From an uncultured Acidobacteriota bacterium (GTDB lineage Bacteria > Acidobacteriota > Terriglobia > Terriglobales > Acidobacteriaceae): 64,000 nucleotides of DNA. Below are positions 20,713 through 29,534 of the stretch, one piece after another (position 1 is the first letter of the stretch; every line of letters begins with the position of its first letter). The notes under the pieces were generated by a model. It was not told the DNA's origin, searched no databases, and was given only the letters and a program-made list of their open reading frames with translations. The position numbers were made by a program, and so were the translations under genes. The stretch is from assembly GCA_963763795.1 (NCBI GenBank), contig CAVXPP010000002.1, positions 390,763 through 454,762 of the forward strand, written 5' to 3'.

Positions 20713-22437
20713 TTACTTGAGTTGCACCGCCGGAAGAACGCCGGTTCCCTCAATGCGAACCGCATCCAGCGCGGAAGGATTGAGACCCAAGGCCTTGAGG
20801 ATGGTAGGCGCGACCTGCGCCGTGCCCACTGCGGCGCTCACCGTCCTCGCCTCGAAGCCCGGATGCGATAGCAGCAGCACCACGTTCGTGTCGTCATGCG
20901 CGAACCCGCCATGCTCTTCCTGCTTCGCATGGCTGCCAGAGTATGTCACTCCGACGTTCGGCGTCACGATGATATCCGGCGTCCGCGGATCGACGGTTGG
21001 GTCGTTGAAGTTCAGCGTAAGCGACGGGCCGTAATAAAGCTGCCCCAGGCCGATTCCCAACGGACCAGGGTTGTCCTCGAGGATTTTGACGCTGGCGTCG
21101 GTATCGGCGGAATTCTTCAACCACACCAGCGAAACGTCATCTTCCGTCGGCCCGATGCCCGTGGGATTATTCGTGGATTCCGAGTACGGAATGTACCCGG
21201 CATTTGAGAGCAGAGTAACGGGCGACGTGCCGTTGCGAGTCTGAGCCACGTAGCGGCTAGGATCGATCGGCGACTGGCCGTGCTTGGCCGTGATCACGAT
21301 CAGCGTCGAGTCATAGAGTCCCCTGTCCTTGAGTTCCCTGACGAAAGCGCCGATCGAGGCGTCAACGAATTTGAATTCGTCCAGCAGCGCCGCGCTCGGC
21401 GTGCCGGCGGCATCCAGATATCCGCCCGTCGTGCTGTTACTCGCTTCAATCAGCTTCTGGCCCACGCTCAGGGCCTGGAAGTTCATGCCGAAGATCGTCG
21501 GAACCTGGGTTCTCCTGGTGCCGAGATGACTCTTGCCGTCGATCCAGTTGAGAACTGCGTCGACCTTCAACGTGTCGTAGCACTGGATGTTCTGAAAGCT
21601 GTTCGTCCAGGCCGTGACGTCCGAACCCGGATCGCGAACTGCGGCGCAGGAGATGCCGGTGGGCGTGGTAACGCCGGGAAGGCCAATTACGTTTGAGTTG
21701 ATTTCAGGCGCATAGAAATCGTCGAGCGCAGCTGGACCAATCCCGGAAGCTGTCGAGGAGTACGCGGGGTGTTTGTCAGACCATGCCGCATATCCGCCAG
21801 CCTGGTGAATCACGCTGAAGATACTGTTGACGCGGACGAATTCCCATGGGTAAACGGGCTTGCAACCCTTCGCCGGATCACGATCCAGTTTGTTGGGATC
21901 GATGGAGTTGAGGCCGCCGTCGGTCAACGAGGCGCCGGGCGCTCCGCCGTTCACCTTGGTCTGGTCGATATCGATGCCTTCTTCATATTCCGTGGTAAAA
22001 CCGGTGGGGGCTGTGCCGGCAGTGCAGGGGCCAGGGCCATTGCCATTGCCAGTCATCACCGCAGGTCCGTCGAGAGCTCGGGAGTAGGCGACGTCGTAAT
22101 AGATGCCAGTCACGGCGGGGCTTCCGCCGGTGACGATTGCGGTCAGGCCGGGGAAGGAATCCGAAGGCTTCGAAGTGCTGGCCGCGACATAGTTCACGCC
22201 AGTTTTGCCCAAGGCCGCAATCGCCGGGCAAAATGGTTCGCCGTTGTTCACGCCGCTCATGCCGTTCGCGCAATTCAAGAAGTCGACGGCGTGCATTCCA
22301 TCGACGCTGATCAGCAGAACCCGGCGGATCCCGTTTCGCTGGTTGATGTGGCCGGACTGAGAGTTATCCTTCTGTGCGGCTGCTGTACCCATCAAAAAGC
22401 CAGCTGCGAGGGAGAGTAAAAGAAGTTTCTTTTTCAT
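20713..22437 (-). CDS. Secreted alkaline-phosphatase-superfamily protein (nucleotide pyrophosphatase/phosphodiesterase-like)
   Basis: Signal peptide MKKKLLLLSLAAGFLMGTAAAQ. Metal-site context VLLISVDGM, ITAKHGQSP and HGGF. The start is taken at the MKKK codon inside the listed ORF. Confidence 0.8.
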   Translation of the reverse strand: MKKKLLLLSLAAGFLMGTAAAQKDNSQSGHINQRNGIRRVLLISVDGMHAVDFLNCANGMSGVNNGEPFCPAIAALGKTGVNYVAASTSKPSDSFPGLTAIVTGGSPAVTGIYYDVAYSRALDGPAVMTGNGNGPGPCTAGTAPTGFTTEYEEGIDIDQTKVNGGAPGASLTDGGLNSIDPNKLDRDPAKGCKPVYPWEFVRVNSIFSVIHQAGGYAAWSDKHPAYSSTASGIGPAALDDFYAPEINSNVIGLPGVTTPTGISCAAVRDPGSDVTAWTNSFQNIQCYDTLKVDAVLNWIDGKSHLGTRRTQVPTIFGMNFQALSVGQKLIEASNSTTGGYLDAAGTPSAALLDEFKFVDASIGAFVRELKDRGLYDSTLIVITAKHGQSPIDPSRYVAQTRNGTSPVTLLSNAGYIPYSESTNNPTGIGPTEDDVSLVWLKNSADTDASVKILEDNPGPLGIGLGQLYYGPSLTLNFNDPTVDPRTPDIIVTPNVGVTYSGSHAKQEEHGGFAHDDTNVVLLLSHPGFEARTVSAAVGTAQVAPTILKALGLNPSALDAVRIEGTGVLPAVQLK

Positions 22438-22614
22438 TGTGACCTCGAGCGTCCATGGTATGAAAGGTCCGATGAACAAGGTGTTACGGCAAGTTGAACA
22501 GTTCGTTAAAACGTTCAGGCGCGCGGTGGAAATCTGGGGCAGTCAACGGGTTGAGGGTCTCGCATTACGTTGGTTATCTACGTCGGTATTACGCGCGAGG
22601 CTACAGTGGTCCGC

Positions 22615-23292
22615 ATGACACTTTCGTCGATGGTGGTCTCGCGCGACTGGCAGGAAGTCAGCGTTCTCGAGTGCATCCTGGGCGGCCTTCACATGGATGT
22701 CACGGTCGAAAATGAACCGCAACGGGCTTTGACGCGTCTCTCGAAATCCAAAGTCGATGCGCTCATCGTTGATCGTGATCTGAACGGAAGCTCCCAGCTC
22801 TTGCGCGAACTACAGACCCCCGCCATGCAGTCCCGGACTGTTCCTCTCGTGATCATGGGCGGCCCTCAGCACGCTGCAACTCTCAATGCCACGGGCGCGC
22901 TCTTTGCCTTCGAAAAACCGATCTCCGTGGAGCAAGCCGTGCGCACGCTATCGGCCGCTCGCAACATGATCGTTGACGGACGCCTCCGCTATCATCGCGC
23001 CGGCCTCGAAATTCCTGTTTCCCTGAAATGCAAAGGACAGAAGCCCAAAGACGCCGAACTGGTCAACCTGAGCCAGGGAGGCATGCAGCTCCGCACCAAC
23101 ACTTCCCTGGAAGCCGCTCGCAACTTGCAAATTTCCTTTGCGCTCCCCGGCGCACGCTCCGGATTGAAAGCGAACGCCGAAATCGTATGGCAAGATCAAC
23201 GCGGCAACGTTGGCGTTCGCTTCGTGAAGGTGGCTCTGCCCCAGCAGCGAACCTTGCAGCTGTGGCTGGCCCAGCAGTTCCTGGCCAATTAG
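22615..23292 (+). CDS. Receiver (REC) domain - PilZ domain protein (paralog of 11766..12527)
   Basis: DALIVDRD acceptor region, FEKP Lys. PilZ motifs RLRYHR ... NLSQGG. Same architecture as 11766..12527. Confidence 0.75.
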   Translation: MTLSSMVVSRDWQEVSVLECILGGLHMDVTVENEPQRALTRLSKSKVDALIVDRDLNGSSQLLRELQTPAMQSRTVPLVIMGGPQHAATLNATGALFAFEKPISVEQAVRTLSAARNMIVDGRLRYHRAGLEIPVSLKCKGQKPKDAELVNLSQGGMQLRTNTSLEAARNLQISFALPGARSGLKANAEIVWQDQRGNVGVRFVKVALPQQRTLQLWLAQQFLAN

Positions 23293-23314
23293 GACCAATT
23301 TCACAGGTCAGAGG

Positions 23315-23375
23315 GTCATCCTGAGCGGCGTGGTCGTCCGCGAAGGCGGACGACCACGCAGTCGAAGGATCCCTA
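23315..23375 (+). repeat. REP-like element family A (GTCATCCTGAGCG ... GCAGTCGAAGGATCCCTA) with internal 12-bp hairpin
   Basis: gtcatcctgagcggc-gtggtcgtccgc-gaag-gcggacgaccac-gcagtcgaaggatcccta. Confidence 0.7.
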
Positions 23376-23392
23376 CCCGCGGCTCTGCCCTT

Positions 23393-24235
23393 TCAGCGGA
23401 AGCGGTCCCGTTCTTCCTCGTCCTCTTCGTCTGACTCCGCCAAACGCGCCAATCTTGCGCCCAGGCTCGAGCCTCCGAATATCTGAAAAAACGCCCAATA
23501 CATCGTCCCCACCGTGCACGCCGCCGCAACGATCATCAACAGCGGCCACGGAGGAGACTCATGGGTGACCGACAAAAACACCAGCGTGAACAGCAGCCAA
23601 GCCGCCACCACCATCAGCGTGTTGACGGCCCAGGCCAGTGTCCGTCCAGAGAGTGGCAGTGACAACCAATCCCATGCTGAAGCCTGCTCTTCCATTTCCC
23701 ACGCGACCTCGTTCATTAAAACCGTCACCGGGTCCTGAGGTGTGGGTAATTCAATGGTCTTCAGCGGCGCGGGTGAAATCAGCAAACCATCATCTTGCAG
23801 CGCGCCCGAAACGAGCGCAACATCCCTCAATGCCCTCTCTGGACGCACCTCAGGCTCAACAAAGATAGGCCCTATTTTGTCCAAATGCACCGACGCGCCT
23901 TCCAGCAGATCGGCGAAGACCCATTGGTTGATCTGCCGGGTCATCCCAGACGGCAAATCCATAAACCTTATCCCGCACTGCCCCGAACTCGTCGACCACA
24001 TCACTTCACCGCGAGTCTCAATGCGCACACGCGGGCGCCGCAACTCGAAACGCAGCCGCAATTGCTGCTGCGGACGCGGCGCCGCCACTGCCTGCACTCC
24101 AATCCCCTCGCCGCTCAGGTTGCGCACGATCCCGCCGTTCGCCTGATCCAGAGTCACATACGTGAGAGTGTGGAGTTCATGCCGGTACTGTGTCCGTGCT
24201 TGTTGCGCCGGGGATATCCCTGCGTCCATACACAC
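23393..24235 (-). CDS. PilZ-like domain protein with C-terminal two-helix membrane anchor
   Basis: N-terminal PilZ-like fold motif RNLSGEGIGV (the first RxxxR motif is degenerate). C-terminal hydrophobic helices LAWAVNTLMVVAAWLLFTLVFL and LLMIVAAACTVGTMYWAFF. Confidence 0.65.
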   Translation of the reverse strand: MCMDAGISPAQQARTQYRHELHTLTYVTLDQANGGIVRNLSGEGIGVQAVAAPRPQQQLRLRFELRRPRVRIETRGEVMWSTSSGQCGIRFMDLPSGMTRQINQWVFADLLEGASVHLDKIGPIFVEPEVRPERALRDVALVSGALQDDGLLISPAPLKTIELPTPQDPVTVLMNEVAWEMEEQASAWDWLSLPLSGRTLAWAVNTLMVVAAWLLFTLVFLSVTHESPPWPLLMIVAAACTVGTMYWAFFQIFGGSSLGARLARLAESDEEDEEERDRFR

Positions 24236-24499
24236 CGCCGGAGATTGCTGGTCGAACTGGGCCTATTCTAGAAATCTTATCGCCTGCCCTATTCCGAACC
24301 TCAGTAACTGCACTGGTTCCCCGGAATCGGACGCCCCTGCAGCCGGAACCCGCCCCCCCTAGCTTTTTCACCCCAATATGCCGAAAATAGGCAATGCTGG
24401 GCGTTTAGCGCTCCACGTCACCAACGTAACCGGCCTGGCACGGTCTGGTAATTGCAACTGGCCCCAAACCCCGATAACTTACAGATGAGCTGTGTCTGA

Positions 24500-27109
24500 A
24501 TGGCGACGACCCCCACGAAGCCGGATATCGAAATGGCCGATCCGCTGTCAGCGATAAGCGTGCCGGGCTGGACGAAAGCAGCAAGTTCTTCGTCCGGCAC
24601 GACGTCCTATGCCGACGAAAGGCCCTCACCGCAAAATGCCTTGCAGGCCTTGCTGGCCTTCTCTGCCCTGCACGAGCAAGTACGCCGAAGAAAAGCGCTC
24701 GCCTCGAAGCATGCTGCCTTCGATTCCAAAACTCCCGTCGCCGAGTTTGATCCCGAAGAGCACTTTGTTTTAGACGAAGTTTTGCAATTAGTAGCCGAAC
24801 GAGCCGTCTCCATTACGGGCGCCGACGGCCTCGCCATTGCCCTCGCTGAGAATGATGAAATCGTTCTTCGCGCCGCCGCCGGATCCATCCGCCCCGACGT
24901 GGGCGCGCGCATCGACCGCGACTCCGCCTTCTCCGGAGCCTGCTTCCGCACCGCGCAGATCGTCAACTGCGACGACACCGAAACCGATTCCCGGGTCAAT
25001 CTCCAGGCCTGCCGCAAACTCGGCGCTCGCTCCATGGTTGCCGTGCCACTCTGCGGGCGCCGCCGCGTCATCGGGCTTCTCGAGGCCTTTTCTTCCTGGC
25101 CATTCGGATTCAACGATAGCGATGTCCGCAATCTGACTCTTCTCGCCGAGCTGGTGCTGGCCGCACTCAAGCCCGAGGACGAAGACCGCTTCGCCAATTC
25201 GGCGCAGGTTGCGGTCAAGAAGCTCGAGCCCAGCAAGCCTCCTGCGCCTTCCCTTCCCACGGCGACGATTCCACCTGCACCCGTCAAAGTTTCCGCGCCG
25301 CCAGCGCCCCTGAAAGGGGTGCCCCACTTCTCTCCGATTTTGCGAGAAGTGGGAACCGGAACGCAGCCAGTTGCGCCACCCCAACCGGCCACGCCTGCCG
25401 CTCCGCTATCCAAGCCTGCGCTAGTACAGCCTTCGCCCGCACAGCTTGCCTCCGCAGCTCCCGCGCCGAAGCCCGAAGAAAAGTCCGAGGTAAAGCCCGA
25501 TCTAAAATCCGATACCAAGTCAGAAGCAAAGCCGGCTCTGTCCGGGACTCCGTCCGCGAAAACGGCCGCAGTCATCGCCGAACTGACGAAGCTTCCAGTT
25601 CCCGAAATTGCGGACGCCACAACCCAGCCCGCGCCCGAACCCAGCCTGACCTTCGGACAAACCGAGCCGCAGTTTCCTTCTCCACACCGCTGGATCCCGA
25701 TCGTGCTCGTCTTCATCGTGATCACCGCCGCGTTCGCCGCCGGAGTCTGGTGGAAGTTGAAGACCGCGCAACTGGGCAGCGAGATGATTCATACCGAACC
25801 CGCGGCGCAATCAAACGCCGCTTCCCATAGAATCCCATCGACGTCTTCTCCAAGCGCGTCCAATCTGGCTCCTCCGAGTCCCGCGACCGCAGGCGCCGAT
25901 CAGGCTTCCGATCAGGACGAATCGGAATCCTCGCCCGCCGCGCCGCAAGAGCTTTCGAAGTTCCCCCGCGTTACCGGCGTCCGCCACTGGTCTTCGCCGG
26001 ATTCCAGCACTGTCGTGCTGGATCTGGAAGATCAGGTGCAATACGAAGCGCATCGCCTGACCGGGCCCGATCGCATTTATTTCGATCTTCACGACACGCA
26101 GCTCGCCGCCGACCTGACCAACAAGTCAATCGATATCAGTGATGGGTTCATCAGCCGCATTCGCATGGCGCAGCCGGTTGCGGGCATGACCCGCGTTGTG
26201 CTCGAAACCAAGCCCAACACGAACTTCTCCGTCAGCCTCGAGCCGAATCCTTACCGCCTGATCGTGGAAGTCAGCAAAATCGGCACCACGCCCAAGGGCG
26301 CGGTCAATCTGTTTCCCAACGCTCCCGAGGCTGAGAAACGCAAGGTCGCGATCACGGTTCCACCGCCGACCAAAGAAGATCTGCAACTGCGCGCGCGCGT
26401 CGCCAAAATGCGCATCGTAGTCGACGCCGGTCACGGCGGATGGGATCTCGGCACCGTCGGCCGTCGCGGCCTGCTGGAGAAAGATCTCGTCCTCGAAATC
26501 GCCGAGCGACTGGGCAAGCTGCTCGCATCGCGGCTGGGCGCCGACGTCATCTACACGCGCCAGGACGATACCTACATTCCTCTCGACGAACGCGCCGAGA
26601 TTGCCAACCAGGCGCAAGCCGATCTGTTCGTCTCGGTGCACGCCAACTACAGCGACCTGCCTTCGGCGCGCGGTGTGGAAACTTATTACACGAATTCTTT
26701 CTCAGCGCCGGGCTCAAAAAGCGCCGGCGCGAAAGATGCCGACGCCCACAGCGTTGCCGGATCGTTGCAGAACGCCGTCCTGCCCACGCTCTCGCCCGCC
26801 GATCTGCACGAGCGCATCGAGTTGTCGCGGCGGCTCGCGGCCAGCGTGCAGCGTTCGCTCTATGGAACGCTCTCGGTGCAGAATCCGGGATTGCGCGATC
26901 GCGGCATCAAAGAAGCTGGATTCGTGGTCCTGACCGAAAGCGCGATGCCCGGAATTTTGGCGGAAGTTTCCTTCGTCTCCAGTCCCACCGACGAGCAAAA
27001 ACTGCGCAGCGACGGCTACCGCGAGCAGATCGCCGAAGCGCTTTACCGCGGCATCGCACGCTACGCCGTAAACTCCCGCGGATTAAAAGTAGCCAGCGCC
27101 GCGAAGTAA
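24500..27109 (+). CDS. GAF domain - Pro/Ala/Lys-rich linker - TM helix - AMIN domain - N-acetylmuramoyl-L-alanine amidase (Amidase_3)
   Basis: GAF-like block ITGADGLAIALAEN...CDDTETDSRVNLQACRKLGARSMVAVPL. TM helix IPIVLVFIVITAAFAAGVWW. AMIN-like block VTGVRHWSSPDSSTVVLDL...YRLIVEV. Amidase_3 motifs VVDAGHGGWDLG, DLFVSVHAN, ILAEVSFVS. Confidence 0.85.
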   Translation: MATTPTKPDIEMADPLSAISVPGWTKAASSSSGTTSYADERPSPQNALQALLAFSALHEQVRRRKALASKHAAFDSKTPVAEFDPEEHFVLDEVLQLVAERAVSITGADGLAIALAENDEIVLRAAAGSIRPDVGARIDRDSAFSGACFRTAQIVNCDDTETDSRVNLQACRKLGARSMVAVPLCGRRRVIGLLEAFSSWPFGFNDSDVRNLTLLAELVLAALKPEDEDRFANSAQVAVKKLEPSKPPAPSLPTATIPPAPVKVSAPPAPLKGVPHFSPILREVGTGTQPVAPPQPATPAAPLSKPALVQPSPAQLASAAPAPKPEEKSEVKPDLKSDTKSEAKPALSGTPSAKTAAVIAELTKLPVPEIADATTQPAPEPSLTFGQTEPQFPSPHRWIPIVLVFIVITAAFAAGVWWKLKTAQLGSEMIHTEPAAQSNAASHRIPSTSSPSASNLAPPSPATAGADQASDQDESESSPAAPQELSKFPRVTGVRHWSSPDSSTVVLDLEDQVQYEAHRLTGPDRIYFDLHDTQLAADLTNKSIDISDGFISRIRMAQPVAGMTRVVLETKPNTNFSVSLEPNPYRLIVEVSKIGTTPKGAVNLFPNAPEAEKRKVAITVPPPTKEDLQLRARVAKMRIVVDAGHGGWDLGTVGRRGLLEKDLVLEIAERLGKLLASRLGADVIYTRQDDTYIPLDERAEIANQAQADLFVSVHANYSDLPSARGVETYYTNSFSAPGSKSAGAKDADAHSVAGSLQNAVLPTLSPADLHERIELSRRLAASVQRSLYGTLSVQNPGLRDRGIKEAGFVVLTESAMPGILAEVSFVSSPTDEQKLRSDGYREQIAEALYRGIARYAVNSRGLKVASAAK

Positions 27110-27147
27110 GTGGTCAGTGATCAGTTCCCAGTTCTCAGGTTTCAATC

Positions 27148-27222
27148 GGGTGCCCCCATGTCTCGCGGGTGCCCCCATGTCTCGCGGGTGCCCCATGTCT
27201 CGGCGCATTTTCGAGACATGGG
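27148..27222 (+). repeat. Family B element with tandemly triplicated left arm
   Basis: gggtgcccccatgtctcgc x2 (19 nt each), then the full palindrome gggtgccccatgtctcggcgcattttcgagacatgg. Confidence 0.8.
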
Positions 27223-27274
27223 ATAACCGCCGCCGAGGGTGCCATCCTAAATTCGCGCGCTTTTCGCGAAGTTA

Positions 27275-27415
27275 GGGTGGGGATTTTGACTTTCCCACCG
27301 ACCAGGTTGTCCAAGATCGTTTCTTTCACCCCTTCCGGGGCTTGCTCTTCTTTAACCGGCTTTCCCACGGCTCAGGCCGCCGACTGTATTCTTGCGCTCC
27401 CGCGGAGCTGCGAAC
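27275..27415 (+). repeat. About 140-nt intergenic element family D, copy 1
   Basis: ggggattttgactttcccaccgaccaggtt...cttgcgctcccgcggagctgcga. In a manual alignment, most positions are identical to 29085..29222 in the same orientation. Confidence 0.75.
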
Positions 27416-27763
27416 CGGGAAGAGCACGACTTCAGTCGTGCCTAAAAAGTGCTGCAATTCGATCGGCTTTACCCCCTGCCAACCATTTGAAGAGCGTCTT
27501 GAGGCCGATTGGCTCCCTTGCAAGAAAAGAAAGCATCTTGGCCCGGTTCTACAACTTTCGTGGAATTGTAGCCTGCCGCACCAATCTGTAGGATCATCCG
27601 GCCTTAAGCTGAGCTGCAAGCGTGAACTTAGGCCACGAGGTTCGTTCCGACCACCCTAAATAACTTCGTTCGGAACGCAAATAAAAAAAAAAGGGAAGCG
27701 CCCGCCGCCCAATGCCAGATTCCCCCCGTTCGGGTCTGCCCGTAATCCCAGGAGATTAATACA

Positions 27764-28840
27764 ATGAAGCCATTGCGCCAGATCAGGATTCCACTACTTC
27801 GCGGCACGCACACGTCCTCGAATGCCCGCGTCTTCGGAGCATCCAGCACCTCTAAAGAAAACAAGCGGCTTGCGGGTGTCTTTATGGCACTGCTCGGGAT
27901 CGCGGTAGCCGGTGTGTTAATGCCAAGCCCCGCCCGCGCAGGAGAGCCAGCCTCCAGACAGCCCGACGCTTCAACTGTCGCGCGGGCGCGAGCGGCGTTC
28001 CTCAAGACAATGTCCTCGCACCGGCCGATGGTGCGCTCCGGCGTGGCACCGCTAGCCGCCACCGGAAACATCAGCTCGGCGACATCGGTGAACTGGTCGG
28101 GCTATGCCGACCTCGAAGGCGGCGGGAACACAGTCTCGTCGGTGAGCGGCCACTGGCAGATTCCGAAAGTGGAGTGCCCCAACGGCCTCTACCGAAACCA
28201 GGACGCCTTCATCGCGCAGTGGGTCGGCATCGACGGCGCCACCAACGGGACCGTCGAGCAGCTTGGCACCGCCACGCAGTGCTTCGAGGGCATCCTGTAC
28301 TACTACGTTTGGTATGAGATGTTCCCTGCCAGCACCGTCGAGGAGGGCACCCTGGCCTGCATCAACAACAACGTTGACTGCCCGCAGCCCGGCGACCAGA
28401 TCGCCGCCTCGGTGACCGTCACACCTGGAGGGAATTACACGCTATCGCTCACTGACTCTACTCGCCCGCAGGAAAGCTTCTCGGTCACGGCGTCCTGCGA
28501 CCCAAGCATTTGTCTCGATCAGAGCGCTGAATGGATCGTGGAGCGCCCAGCCTTCGCGCTGCCTTTCGGCTTCCAGATAGTGCCGCTCTCGGACTTCTTC
28601 CAGACCAGTTTCGTCAACGGTGCAGTAACCTCCGGCGGGACGACCACCAAGGTCGAAGGCTTCCAGGACGGCCCCGTGCTGGACGTGGCGATGCTTGACG
28701 ACACCGACTCCTACTTTCTCGACTGCATCGGGCAGAAAGGCGCCCCCGGCCAATTGCTCCAGGCAACCAACCCTAACGCCTGCCCCGCGGTCACGCCGTC
28801 CAGGGGCAGCTTCAGCGTCACCTGGGACTCTAGCTACTGA
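27764..28840 (+). CDS. Peptidase family G1/A4 (eqolisin / scytalidoglutamic-peptidase-like), secreted
   Basis: Signal/anchor LAGVFMALLGIAVAGVLM. Family motifs NWSGY, AQWVGIDG, YVWYEMFP and SAEWIVERP. Confidence 0.75.
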   Translation: MKPLRQIRIPLLRGTHTSSNARVFGASSTSKENKRLAGVFMALLGIAVAGVLMPSPARAGEPASRQPDASTVARARAAFLKTMSSHRPMVRSGVAPLAATGNISSATSVNWSGYADLEGGGNTVSSVSGHWQIPKVECPNGLYRNQDAFIAQWVGIDGATNGTVEQLGTATQCFEGILYYYVWYEMFPASTVEEGTLACINNNVDCPQPGDQIAASVTVTPGGNYTLSLTDSTRPQESFSVTASCDPSICLDQSAEWIVERPAFALPFGFQIVPLSDFFQTSFVNGAVTSGGTTTKVEGFQDGPVLDVAMLDDTDSYFLDCIGQKGAPGQLLQATNPNACPAVTPSRGSFSVTWDSSY

Positions 28841-28870
28841 AGCACAAACTCTCTCCACGCACAAAAGCTC

Positions 28871-28904
28871 AGGGTCGCTGGCAACAGCGACCCTTGCTGT
28901 TTTT
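28871..28904 (+). terminator. Rho-independent terminator after the G1 peptidase gene
   Basis: agggtcgctg-gcaa-cagcgaccct perfect 10-bp stem followed by ttgctgttttt. Confidence 0.7.
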
Positions 28905-29084
28905 AGGCAGACGGGAAAATTTCGTCAGTTTCGCCGATGGCGATTTTGCTTATTGACTGATGATGAGTGAAATGGCGATGCTACGACAGTTGACGTGCCG
29001 CCAGAACATTCCGCTAGAATGCACGTGGTGTCACATGAGATTTGCCGGGCGCCCCCATCCTTCTCGCGTTCTGTGCGACTAGGC

Positions 29085-29222
29085 TGGGGATTTTGACTTT
29101 CCCACCGACCAGGTTTTCAAAGATCGTTTCTTTCGCCCCTTCGGGGCTTGTTCCTCTTTAAGCCGGCTTTCCGACGGATCACGCCGTGGGCTTTATTCTT
29201 GCGCTCCTGCGGAGCTACGACT
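29085..29222 (+). repeat. About 140-nt intergenic element family D, copy 2
   Basis: See 27275..27415. Confidence 0.75.
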
Positions 29223-29534
29223 TCCTTCACGCCAGTGGGTGGCTTGCGCTGGGTTGGGATCGGCCTCACGCACCGGCTCCGCCGGTGCGGGGCGGACGGA
29301 GGCGTCCGCCCCTACGTCCGCCTGTTTCGATTTGTTGTATTCGGCCAGCATCTCTTTTTTGATGGCGGCGAGTTCTTCTTTCGAGTACTGCCTCGGACGC
29401 GGCTGAACGACGGGATCGGCGGGGAACTCGCGGATCATGTCGCTGCGGTTGTTGAAGCGAACGCGGCGCGAGTTGCGGACGGCGGTGTTTCCCTGCCTCC
29501 GGCTAGAGGAACGGATTGATGATCCGGACGCCAT
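29193..29534 (-). CDS. Hypothetical small protein downstream of vapC (doubtful)
   Basis: 113-aa ORF. The central YSKEELAAIKKEMLAEYNKSKQ looks protein-like. The 3' third lies inside repeat family D and the 5' end overlaps vapC by 32 nt. An internal Met at 29438 is an alternative start. Confidence 0.25.
   Translation of the reverse strand: MASGSSIRSSSRRQGNTAVRNSRRVRFNNRSDMIREFPADPVVQPRPRQYSKEELAAIKKEMLAEYNKSKQADVGADASVRPAPAEPVREADPNPAQATHWREGSRSSAGAQE

Noticed and set aside
24607-25725. 372-aa minus-strand ORF
   Set aside because: It is antisense to the Pro/Ala-rich linker of the GAF-amidase gene. The translation is low-complexity Ser/Ala/Gly.
27148-27222. Possible CRISPR-like array (three direct repeats)
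   Set aside because: The 19-nt units are directly adjacent with no spacers. They belong to a palindromic REP family seen elsewhere in the window. No cas genes are present.
28985-29025. Strong-looking promoter TTGACG ... TAGAAT pointing rightward in the repeat region
   Set aside because: The spacer is 19 nt, which is too long. No plus-strand gene or recognisable RNA lies downstream.
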